Assembly: GCA_964057225.1 (NCBI GenBank)
Contig: OZ059899.1
Span: 7,440,001-7,504,000 of the forward strand
Reading direction: 5' to 3'
Source: Auanema rhodensis
Taxonomy: Eukaryota > Animalia > Nematoda
Length of the DNA: 64,000 nt
Shown in pieces: positions 25,995-37,331 of this stretch; position 1 is the stretch's first letter, and every line of letters begins with the position of its first letter. The notes beneath the pieces are model-generated. The model had not been told where the DNA came from and searched no databases. It was given only the letters and a program-made list of their open reading frames with translations. The translations under genes and the position numbers were made by a program.

Positions 25995-28900
25995 TTACTG
26001 CTTCTCTAAAGCTCGACGTTCGTCTTTGCAAGCTCGATGAATTTGAGCTGCTTTCAATGGTGTACAATTCTGAAAAAAATTACTAATTTGATTGTTTTTA
26101 TTGTTTTTGTTAAATTAAATTTAAATACTTTATATAACATTATTAATAAATTTAAAATATAGCCCTTATCATGAAGTATTATATATTTAAAAATAAAATA
26201 AAAAAGTATTGATTGTGGTTAGATATTCTAAATTTAAAAACATTTTAGAAACAGGATGGGTTTTTCGACAAATGACAAGGTAGTGACGTTTGTGCTCGTA
26301 ACACTGTTTGGCATCCATTGTCAAACTCTTTTTTCTTTATGTTCTGTCAGTTTTTTTTTGACAACAATATGTTATGTTGAATGATTAAAGAAAAACAGTG
26401 ATTGGATGAGCTAGATCTTTGTTTTGAATCAGCTGCGCTTTGTCTCCCTGAACTTTAGCCAATAAAACAATTTTTTTCTTCTTTAACGTTTTTTAAAACA
26501 AAGTTACTCTTTAATCGACTATTGAAAACTGTTCATGTACTCATGACAACATGGATATTGGAAATTTTTATGTCATCATTTCAATAGTGTGAGACCCTTC
26601 TTTCAATTGTTAGTGAAAATATTCCAAAAATATTTAATTTGTGTGCATTATGCTTGTGAAGACTTGCGCACACATCTTTTATCTTGCTGGTCATATGTTC
26701 ATTCTTCTTCAAACTCCGTATTTGTCGTTCTTGTCTTCCTTCTTTTCTTGCCGGTTGTGGTTTCTGAATCGTCATCGACACAGCGATCACAATGACGTCA
26801 ACCTTTTCATCGGAGAGCACACGGACTTTTTCGTCGATGAGGTGAGTTGATGGAATGAAATGACGATCTCCGAGGAACTACCAAACAGGATCAATGTTTG
26901 GCCGACAAGGAAGAAAAGGTTACAGAAGACATTGAACAACAAAGGAGAATATGATGAAAACGTTAAGTTGATGATTCGATTCCATTTTTGCCGACGATCC
27001 TCATTTTTTCATGTCCTCGATGATGTGATGATGAAAGTGGGGTGTTCTCGACAGTGATGTGAAAACGATTCTGTTTGTTATGCTGACTGACCAATGACGT
27101 CAAACTATTTCAGTAGTAGTGAAGTGACAGTGAAAGTTGAGAAAGACTTGATCAAGAAACGATCAAAAACTTCAAACTAAGAGTGTCACACAGACTTGTA
27201 CACTAAGTAGTTGAAGGATTTTTGAGACCAACATTCCATAACTAGTACATTGCACTTCACTTGTTTCAGCTATTTTAGTACTTTAAATCATCTACTCTTT
27301 ATGAAAAATCACAGCCAGTCTGCGCAATGGGCTGAACTCGTTGATTTTCTTATTAGAATAGGGTTATGAAATTCTCAAAATTCCAAAGAAAATCCGAAAA
27401 TAGAAAGACGTCAAATATTATCAACGGTGGTCCACAGTCTCTTATCGGCGTTTATACTCACGTCAATATACAAAAATGTTTGATATGAACATACCTGATT
27501 ACGTAAAAAGAAATCAGAAGCAGTCGAACGATTGTGAGTTGGTGGTGGAGAAACGAATCGCTGGCGACAATGAGTATTCTCTGGGACAGTGATGCCATTT
27601 TCATCAGTGATACGGATGATACAAGAGGTAGACATAGCTAATTGATGTCGGTTGTGGGAATAAGGAATGACTGAAATAGCAGAAACTACAAAATAAATAG
27701 TTAACATATAAAAGTACAGAAAAGATATTTGAATGAGTTTAACGGAAGGGAATATAAAATGAGGATGTGATCAGATCGCCGAGAAAATCGTCGATCAAAA
27801 AACAACTTCATCGTATTCTTGTCACAACAACTTTCTCAGGTGAAAAAAAAAAGTAAAATGAGAATATTGCAAGTAAAGCAGAGAAGCGGAAGAAAAGAAT
27901 ACAGCTAACATGAAATATGAGAAAAGATGGTGATGACGAGTTCAAGAGTGAAACTGATTGTGATTGCTTGTTATTCACATGTGCCAATGAAAAATGAAAT
28001 AAAGATATGAGAACAACATCTGGACGGGAAAAGAAGATATAGAAAGAATGTTTTGTTGTTATATTTTAATGTTAAGAGGTTCGAATGACGCAAATTGTTC
28101 GAAGGAAGTAGAACAATTTTCAGATTACGAATATCAAGGTTTGTTCGTGAAGTAATGATAGATGGTGCTTTGTGGCTTAAGAATTCTATCTAAAAAGCAT
28201 TCACGTCAGAGTGAGCAATAGGAACGAGTCAAATTGAGGAGAGATTAACATTCACTGTGAGTTGGCAAAAAGGGAAACTCCGAACAAAGGATGAAGCCAC
28301 ATGAAATAATTATTTTAAAAAAAGAATTAAGAACGAATACAGAAGAATAAATCACAAAAATCTCTTACACATTTGAAAGATGTTAAAGAACACACTATTA
28401 GAAAAGTAATGACATATAATTATAAATATCAGATAAAAAGATCAAGAATATGATAATAATATAGGTGTTTATTATGCGTAGTATGCGATGTATGATCAGC
28501 TTAAAATAGAAGAATAATAAATATTGTTAATATTTTGTCTCTCACAAAGACAAGCAAGATAGCACCATTCGCCATCTGGTCGTTTGTGACTTCTGAAGAG
28601 AATTTGGAGAGCACTAATGGGTGGAGTTCAGTGACGTCTTGCCCGTGAAGGGCAGAATAGGCGGTGCTTGAGGATGAAAGCTGTTACGACCACGCCAAGC
28701 AACAGGCTCCATCAGGACGAAGACAAATACATACGAGTCGGGTATACGTTTAAACGAAATTCCCGTTTGAACAGCGAGGCATTCCCCCAAAATGAGCTCC
28801 GCCCATTTTAATATTTTCTGTTGGTTTATTACCAGCTACCCCCGTTCGAATATTTGATACTATTTATATAATGATGAAAGGATTTCAATTATAATATGTA

Positions 28901-31435
28901 CAATAATAAAAAGGATTCTTAATGAAAATATAGAATATTATAAGAAATAACTTTGATTCATGAACAAATGAACAAAAGAGAAACGGAAGCAATACAAAAA
29001 ATGTGATCAGCAACTCAAAAAAAATCTATTTTCTTATCAACAAACTTGGAGAAAATAGATATCTAGGGATAGCTTAGAAAGAAACCAATTGAGTGGAAGA
29101 ACTATTTTTTAGAACCAAAAAACCCTTTTTTATTTTATTTTGGTTTTGGATGATCATTGATTATTTAAATACTACATGAAAAGAAAAATATAGGCATAAA
29201 TTGTTTTTTTAAGTATTAAATGTTAATTAAATGATTTAGTTATAGTATTTCGTATATATAATATATGTACATTTACATATATATATATATAACCTATAAT
29301 TATATTTTTTTTAAATAATGGCTAAACATCAAGAAGTAAAATAAATTTAATACAATTTATTTCAATCCAATATCCTTCTACTTCTTTATTATTATATTTC
29401 AATCTTTTTATTAATTACTCAATCATACTCTGGTACTTCATACAACACGCACAGATCAAAGATCTTGGAACAACTTAAGTGAAAGGAAGAACAGGTTAAA
29501 AACGAATTTAGAAAATCGAAGACAGTTAAAGTAGAATAACACGATTTATAATTTTGCTGATGTAATTTTAGATAATCAAAGTGTTCGTCAAGTTTTCATA
29601 TCTGGTATATTTGATTTTTAGACGACAAGGTTGAATTAAAATTAAATTAGTTGTTGAGCAGATAGTAGGACTAAAAAAAAAAGAATTTTATATGAGCTAT
29701 AACACTTAAGTTGCTCATTGACGTCAAAAGAGGTTGACATCGATGAAAGATTGAACAGGAATACCTTTCAAATAGCCACACAGATAGACATACACACACA
29801 CACACTTTTTTATGATAAAAATTCTTAAGAAGTAAACATTCTTTTATTCATTTTAATATTAAAAATGAAATTATTGAATATTATAAAGAAAAAAGAAAGA
29901 CTTTGAATGTACATATATTCATACATAGATATATGAACAAGTCTTTTATGAATCTATATTTGTAAAAGTTCTCATATCGTTCTCAAACAAACAAAAATGA
30001 ACAGAAAACTAGTCTCTTAAATATTTTAAATACTTTAAATAGTTATAATAACAGTATGAGCTCAAATTAAATATCTAGTCTCTACATACAATAACGATAC
30101 TACAAAACGTTTTGCAGACCAACTGGTTTGAAAAATCAAACAGCATATGGAAATAACGAAAAAAGATTGGAGATCTAGAAAAATCAGAAGAGAAAATAAC
30201 ACTGTTTTTCATATTAATTTTTAGTTTAAAACACGGAAGATTATTTATAAAACTAACATAACAATTTCAAATATTTCCTTTTACTTCTTTTCTTATATTC
30301 TTTCGATTTATGATTATATTGCGTCAAGGGAACACAACGCATGGAAACATGAGCATTTTCCACGTTAATCTGTTTCAATCATGCTCAGACTAAACAGTTG
30401 ATTGTTCGAAAATTCCATATCAATATTTCTGATCAGTTGCACAGGAAAAAATGAAAATTATGATTTGGCTGGGTAAGAAGCTGTTTATGGTGTGAGAGGA
30501 AAGTTTATCAGATTTCTAATGACGTACTTCTTTATATGGTGGTTGAATAATAAAATGTACATACAAGACAAGCTAATTTTCTCTATAAAAAGCGGATTCA
30601 TTAAAATCTTTTGCAAAATAAATGGAATATTATTAAGGTTTGTAGAAGAGAATTGAACAAAATAAATAAAAGGCTTGATATTTGTCCAGTTTATACAATT
30701 GATTTCACGTGCATTATGGCAAGCAGCTTGGGAGCTAAAAAAACTTGCTTGATGAATAATCACCTCAAGCGTATGGTTTCTCATTTCATGATTGCTCCTA
30801 CTACCTGTTTTGTTCGTTTGTTTTGTAAAGCTTTCCTACTCAACATCAAAAATTTTAATCTGATTTTACAATCTTCTGTTTTGGACAATTTTAGTTATTT
30901 AAAAGCTAAAAAAAATTGATAGAATATATTGTTTGGTAATATATTTATAAACAGTAAAAAATAAAAAATTTATAGATATTATACTAACCCAGAAATATTT
31001 ATAGTTCAATTTCACATTCTAATGGTGCAAGATAGAATTAAATAGTGGAAAAAAAAGATTTTTTTCGATTAGAGTACAGTTATTTTTTGCATGAAATGTT
31101 CACGTGAACAACAAAACTGAGAAAATTTGATAGCAAATATGAAAAACAGAACATTATCAAATTTGAAAGAATATACATGTAAAGTCTTACTTTCTGCCTC
31201 GAGTTCTCTAGTCTGAGGATTTGTTTGTTTCAAACAACCTAATTTCTAGATACTATATTTACTAAACAAGCGAACAATAACTAAAAAATAATAGAATAAG
31301 AAAAAGTATTTTCGATGATGCGAAGTATCCCAATATTCATATAAATATATGTAACTAAAATGATCAAGCACCAAAAGAAATATCAAACTCTAATTGATAT
31401 CAAAAAATAAATCGAAATAATCATATATACGAGAC

Positions 31436-31468
<33 letters not shown>

Positions 31469-32173
31469 GGGAGAGAGAGAGGGAGAAAGAGAAAGAAGAA
31501 ATAACTATAGACTATCCTGACATATAACAGTTATTTATTTGACAAGAAACTTCCCAATCTTTTCTTATGTTTTTACTCATTTTTTTGTTCTCACATTACT
31601 GGAAGTAAAACAAGAATATCTGTATTCAAATACAAAGTATGAATATTTTTTTTATAACTGAGTAAGGGATTTAGCTTAGTTTAGGTTTAGAAGTAAGTTT
31701 AAAAGCTTTGCAATTTGAACGTTGTGCATTTTCGGCTGAAAAATTGGCTTCATCTGCTTAAACGAAAGATTTTTTCGGAGCTGTGACGTCCGCCTAATAA
31801 AAGAAACAAGACATAGACAAGTAACAAGATAAATGAAGAAATAAGACCTTGAGTGAGAATATAAACGATAAGGAAGAAGTAGAATTTAGCGTCGGTGAGA
31901 GAAATCTGAATAAGGAAATCAGATATCCACATTAAAAGGTGAATATTCTATCAAGGAAATTGTTAAATCTTCATAATCTCATATGTGAGTTAAACTTTTT
32001 CTTTTCGAAATAAATTTGGCAATGATGTATGTATTTGAATTGAAAAAAAAAACGTCAGCGGAGTGAACGTCAATCATGACGCTCTCCACTTCTCTTCATC
32101 AAATTTTTTGCGACTTACGCCGCCGGACTATGACCAGAAATTCCGGAACACTCACGAATGGATCTTTTCGCAT
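25995..32173 (-). CDS. Unknown spliced gene (tentative; up to 228 aa, or a 139-aa main ORF from 27635 behind a multi-uORF leader)
   Basis: GC-richer islands bounded by splice signals: 32173-32119, 28817-28756, 28680-28566, 27670-27495, 26877-26674, 26069-25995. They can be joined in frame, but several sites are weak. Exon 27670-27495 and the 26069 acceptor are canonical. Confidence 0.4.
31431..31495. repeat. (GA)n microsatellite
   Basis: Direct reading. Confidence 0.92.
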
Positions 32174-32204
32174 TTGTTTTCCGGAAACGTCCAGCTGTTT
32201 TGTG

Positions 32205-32240
32205 ACGAAGCTGAAGAGAAAGAACATATTATATAAATAC
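32205..32240 (-). promoter_or_regulatory. Candidate TATA box plus Inr/trans-splice acceptor
   Basis: Minus-strand TATTTATATAA (32239-32229) lies about 27 nt before TTCAGCT (A at 32212), upstream of ATG 32173 and a GTAAGT donor at 32118. Confidence 0.4.
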
Positions 32241-34275
32241 CGAAGAAGTAAAAAAATTTTGCTTCACTAGTGATTGAAAATCTTTCGCCATTTATGAAAT
32301 TATTTATTTGATTAATGAATGTCGATTTAAAAATGTAAGTCTTAGATCATCAACCTATATTTCTATTTGTCATATTGACGCATATTATTGAATTACATGT
32401 TTCATACCTTCTAAACCATTTACAAACCACATTGAAAGAGCCAAGACATTTACGTCATCAAAAAGTAGTCTTTCACTTGGTTAAGGTTCTTGGTGTAAAA
32501 CTGAGTGGGTGGAAATAAAGAATATTTGGAATATTTGGAACTTTCGAAGAAGTGAATTATAAACGATGTGCTCAATTCTTCTTTTTCCAAAGTAAGCAAT
32601 TAGATCTGGATTTCGGAACGTAATTGAAATACGGAAGTACGAACATCTGGTTGAACCTTGCAAAATTTCATTTATTTTTAGCAACAAATTATATATGTAA
32701 TAATTAATCTTAAATAGAAATGTTATGTTCTTCCTTATTTATCAATTTATCAAATATGAGTTCGAAGCGAGTTGAATCAGTATTACTGAGTGAAAAAATA
32801 GACATTTTCTTTGCTTAAAAAATTCAGTTACATAAGAGCCTTAGTAGTATTTCAATGTTATAATATCTATATATAGAGTAATATATTAATTATTTTTTCA
32901 AATTGGGAATGCTATGAATTAGTAAGTATTCGATTCATTTAAGTAATATACATATGTATTTATTTGAATCTATATTTACACGTACTTTTATCAGAAGAAA
33001 ATGGAAATCAAATATGATTATTTCTAAAAAACATCAATTCACGTTGTAGAGAGCTGATGTCTTAGTCATAACGTATCGTTACGGCACTTAAACACCCACA
33101 CGTCCTGGCAAATATTTGACCAAAACTGTCAAGCTCAACTACTTTAAGCTAAATTTTAAAATATCATAACAAAAAAAAGCAGAAGAATTTATAAATATAT
33201 GGGATATGTCATAACCTATAGTTACAAGTATTATGATGAAAGTGCAACAATGAAATTCTTGCAGAAAAATTTTTTCGTAGAATATGAATGAGCAGAAAAT
33301 AGGCAAACGTGTTCATTATGTATACATATGAATGTATATGTATATGTTTATATACGTAAGTGCTCATTGACGTCATCAAATATTATTTTAATTCAGCATT
33401 ATATCTTGAGCAACTTTTTGATGCATTTTCTATATATGGAAACAACTTAAGTGAAACGCAATATATACATAGTTATAAGAAAAATAAAGATGATTAAGAC
33501 GTAGTTGTTATATTATTTTCAATTTATATAAATTTTAATTATTTTATTTCATTAAGTAGTGTATGAATGCACATATTTATAAAAAAAAACTTTTAAGTTA
33601 CTTTTGATAGCTAAGTTGACTACTTGCATTCATATATGTAATAGAATACAGTAAGTAATGGATTGATTACATTTACTTTGTTGTTCAACTTCGACTAACT
33701 AGCTTTCGGTGTCGTCTCTAAGCATTTCTCACCACTAAATTTCATTCATATTTCATTCTATTTTGTGATTTGTTTACCTTGTGGAAGCTTCTTGACGTCA
33801 TCTGATTTTTCTGTGAAATGACTCAACAAACGACTGGATATGCAAACAGTTGATAGATAATTCTTTTTTCTTTCATTATATGGTTATTTATTTTTCAATA
33901 ATTTTTATTTGTTCAAGCTGTGTTTCTATTTGTAAACTGTTTAATTCGACAATTACATCATAGCATGTCTTTGGAACATGCATTAGGCCAGATTATGGTT
34001 TTAAAAAATTAGTATTAGGATATAAGATATATATTTTGATTACTGACAGAACATATTGGCAAATTTTATTTAATAAACGGTTTGTTATCAATAAAATATT
34101 AAAACATTTATAAATAAAATAACTTCAATCAAAATATTTGTTTTGTGAACGAGAAAAATTCAATTAAGATGATGTTGCGAGCCAAGTAGCAACAATAAAG
34201 GTTGTAAATAATTCCCTAAGCTAGCTATAGCATGCCTAACAACGACGTCCAGTGAAGAAATACCAATGCGTATAT

Positions 34276-35473
34276 ATGCCACGAGTTGATAAAGGTGTGT
34301 TCTTTTTCATATTTGTTAAAATATAAAATAATTTGAAACATTTCAGGATTACGGACTAGCTACTTGTTGCGCCAAATAGTTGAAGGAGATTGTCCATACA
34401 CAGATAGTCGTGAATCAGAAACTGAGCTATCGCCTACGTTACAAAAAGCTAAATTTTACCGTGTGTATTACAACTAAAACAAAATCAAAAATTGATATAT
34501 TTTTAGCCATAAATCCATATCATCGTGAACGAATTAAAGATTATGGAACTTCTAGACGCAAGTTTACATCGCATGGTATGCGGTCATCATCTTCAGAACA
34601 TTTAAAATCTTCTCGACGTATAAGGTATCAATATTGTAATTTTGAAATGATAATGATATAAATCAAAAATCGTAGATGGAATCAGTCTGGAGATAGTATC
34701 AGAACATATTCTCCTGAATATCTCAGGCCTCATAGTGTTGACTATTTATCAAAAGGTGATAATTTAATTGTTTCCGTTAGCTTCAATTTTTATTTAAATC
34801 CTTAGAAAAAAGAATAAATAGTTCTAAAAAAAATATCGGAAAAAGGCCTGAAAGTTTAGTTAGGTAAGTATACATATACATATGTTATTGAAGCCGTCAT
34901 ATTAAAGAAAAAGCAGAAGTGAAGACAAAATGCGAAAAGAAGAAGAGGTTAGAACAAAACGTGAAATTAGTGCAGAGCGCAAAAAAACAGAGTTGATGAA
35001 ACTTCGCCAAGAAGAAAAACGACGTCGATCCCGGAACAATACCGCTAAACAACGAGATTCTCGAGAAAATAACAACTTCGCCGGTTTTTACAGGAAAACA
35101 GAAACGAGCAAAGCAACATCTAATAGAAAACTGATGAAGAGTTATAGTAATGGCAATCTGAATAACTCAAAAGATAACAATGTAAGTCAAAGTATAAACA
35201 AAAAAAATTGCAATAGTTTTAAATTATCAATTTTCATTTTCACTTAAGTTTCAGAACAAAATCAAAAGAAAGAGTCTCAATCGATCAAACTCTATCAGTG
35301 ACATCTATTTTCAGAAACCTAAACACTCAAATATAACCAAAGTACGTAATATTAAATGATAAAGATTAATGTCTTTTCAGGTTAAAAAGCCTGTATGGAA
35401 CTACGTCGGAGATCCAACTCGAAAAGCCTTTAATACTAAATCACACCACCTAAAATCTGATTTTTACTTTTAA
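34276..35473 (+). CDS. Unknown basic, Ser/Arg/Lys-rich protein with a short coiled coil (~290 aa, 8 exons)
   Basis: Frame-consistent GT-AG splicing from MPRVDKGLRTSYLLRQ, through MRKEEEVRTKREISAERKK, to VKKPVWNYVGDPTRKAFNTKSHHLKSDFYF*. Confidence 0.7.
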
Positions 35474-35655
35474 ATATGATGACTAACTTATTTTGAGAGT
35501 ATTTATCAGCTAGTCCAAGTTAAACATAACATTACGAAACAATGTTCTAATCAATATTTCGAATAAAGCAACACAATAAACCATTTATATTTATAATATA
35601 AGAGGAACAATGGTATATTAATACAGAAATGATTAGTTAATTGGCTAAATACAAT

Positions 35656-36009
35656 TTAGATGAACTGCTCGGCCCATTCATTCAAGCAATTAAAAGCATT
35701 GGTGGCATGCTGCTTGGTAACACCGGCATTATCCTTTAATAAAAAAAGTTGGAGAATTCAAAATATAACAAACCTTCAAAAACGATTTAAACGAATCCTC
35801 ATCTCTTCTTAAAAGAAGAAACTGTCCGAAGAGGACGTCAGCCTTAATAAATAGTTTGAAAAAGAACATCAATTTTTACGACAAACTTTGTCAAAACCCT
35901 TCTCACTAAGCTTTTCTCCATATGTTGGACCAATACCAGCAATGGATGTAACCTCCTTGTCACCCATTGGCTCAGATACAAATTCACGATGTTTTACAGA
36001 GGTAGACAT
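35656..36009 (-). CDS. baf-1: Barrier-to-autointegration factor, diverged paralogue (89 aa, 3 exons)
   Basis: [89 protein letters not shown]; ORF and splice sites intact. Confidence 0.9.
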
Positions 36010-36160
36010 TCTGAAACGATCAACGTGAATACAATCTTTAAAAAGGTAACTATATGAAACTTAAACAGAAAATGGAAGATTGATACTACTGACACCAGCA
36101 CGAGAAAATACGATAATGAGACGTGTTTTCAGGAGACGAATTTATTGCTAAGTTTCATAA

Positions 36161-36486
36161 TAATGGCAATCTGAATAACTCAAAAGATAACAATGTAAGT
36201 CAAAGTATAAACAAAAAAAATTGCAATAGTTTTAAATTATCAATTTTCATTTTCACTTAAGTTTCAGAACAAAATCAAAAGAAAGAGTCTCAATCGATCA
36301 AACTCTATCAGTGACATCTATTTTCAGAAACCTAAACACTCAAATATAACCAAAGTACGTAATATTAAATGATAAAGATTAATGTCTTTTCAGGTTAAAA
36401 AGCCTGTTTGGAACTACGTCGGAGATCCAACTCGAAAAGCCTTTAATACTAAATCACACCACCTAAAATCTGATTTTTACTTTTAA
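36161..36486 (+). pseudogene. Duplicated 3' exons of the 34276-35473 gene (orphan fragment or alternative last exons)
   Basis: Identical to 35148-35473 except one synonymous change (GTA/GTT); it has no 5' exons of its own. Confidence 0.75.
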
Positions 36487-36668
36487 ATATGATGACTAAC
36501 TTATTTTGAGAGTATTTATCAGCTAGTCCAAGTTAAACATAACATTACGAAACAATGTTCTAATCAATATTTCGAATAAAGCAACACAATAAACCATTTA
36601 TATTTATAATATAAGAGGAACAATGGTATATTAATACAGAAATGATTAGTTAATTGGCTAAATACAAT

Positions 36669-37022
36669 TTAGATGAACTGCTCGGCCCATTCATTCAAGC
36701 AATTAAAAGCATTGGTGGCATGCTGCTTGGTAACACCGGCATTATCCTTTAATAAAAAAAGTTGGAGAATTCAAAATATAACAAACCTTCAACCACGATA
36801 TAAACAAATCCTCATCTTTTCTTAAAAGAAGAAACTGTCCGAAGAGGACGTAAGCCTTAATAAATAGTTTGAAAAAGAACATCAATTTTTACGACAAACT
36901 TTGTCAAAACCCTTGTCACTAAGCTTTTCTCCATATGTTGGACCAATACCAGCAATGGATGTAACCTCCTTGTCACCCATTGGCTCAGATACAAATTCAC
37001 GATGTTTTACAGAGGTAGACAT
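36669..37022 (-). CDS. baf-1: Barrier-to-autointegration factor, canonical copy (89 aa, 3 exons)
   Basis: [89 protein letters not shown]; colinear with human and C. elegans BAF. Confidence 0.97.
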
Positions 37023-37331
37023 TCTGAAACGATCAACATGAATACAATCTTTAAAAAGGTAACTATATGAAATTTAAACAGAAAATGGAAGATTGATACT
37101 ACTGACACCAGCACAAGAAAATACGATAATGAGACGTCTTTTAAAGAGAAGATCTTTTCGCGCCTTTCTCTATGATTTCATGCGCTAACTGAAGGACTGA
37201 CGCAACATAGGTGCAAATGGCGCCTTTCAAATAAAATTTTGAATACTTGATTGTGAAGGTTCTGACTAAAGCTTCTTCTCTGTTTTCCAAATCCCGGATT
37301 TTTCAAATACCTACGTTTTTAATTTTTATTT
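37023..37331. promoter_or_regulatory. Bidirectional promoter with E2F-like and CHR-like motifs
   Basis: About 310 bp between divergent ATGs; TTTCGCGC at 37156-37163, GGCGCC, and TTTCAAA/TTTGAA motifs typical of DREAM-regulated promoters. Confidence 0.5.

Larger units (their letters stand above)
26793..33800. promoter_or_regulatory. Cluster of five perfect CRE palindromes (TGACGTCA)
   Basis: TGACGTCA at 26793, 27095, 29719, 33368 and 33793, plus several half-sites. Confidence 0.6.
35148..37137. repeat. Tandem duplication, period 1013 bp (35148-36124 and 36161-37137), ~99% identical
   Basis: By-eye alignment gives 11 substitutions and no indels over about 977 bp. Each unit holds a whole baf-1 gene plus the last exons of the neighbouring gene. 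Confidence 0.97.

Noticed and set aside
27306-27348. ATCACAGCCAG, resembling the miR-2/K-box family
   Set aside because: It would lie on the 5' arm of a short, poorly paired stem; this family comes from the 3' arm and no upstream partner exists.
28700-28735. TCC TGA resembling an antizyme +1 frameshift site (minus strand)
   Set aside because: ORF1 is only 6 codons and the downstream frames show no antizyme similarity.
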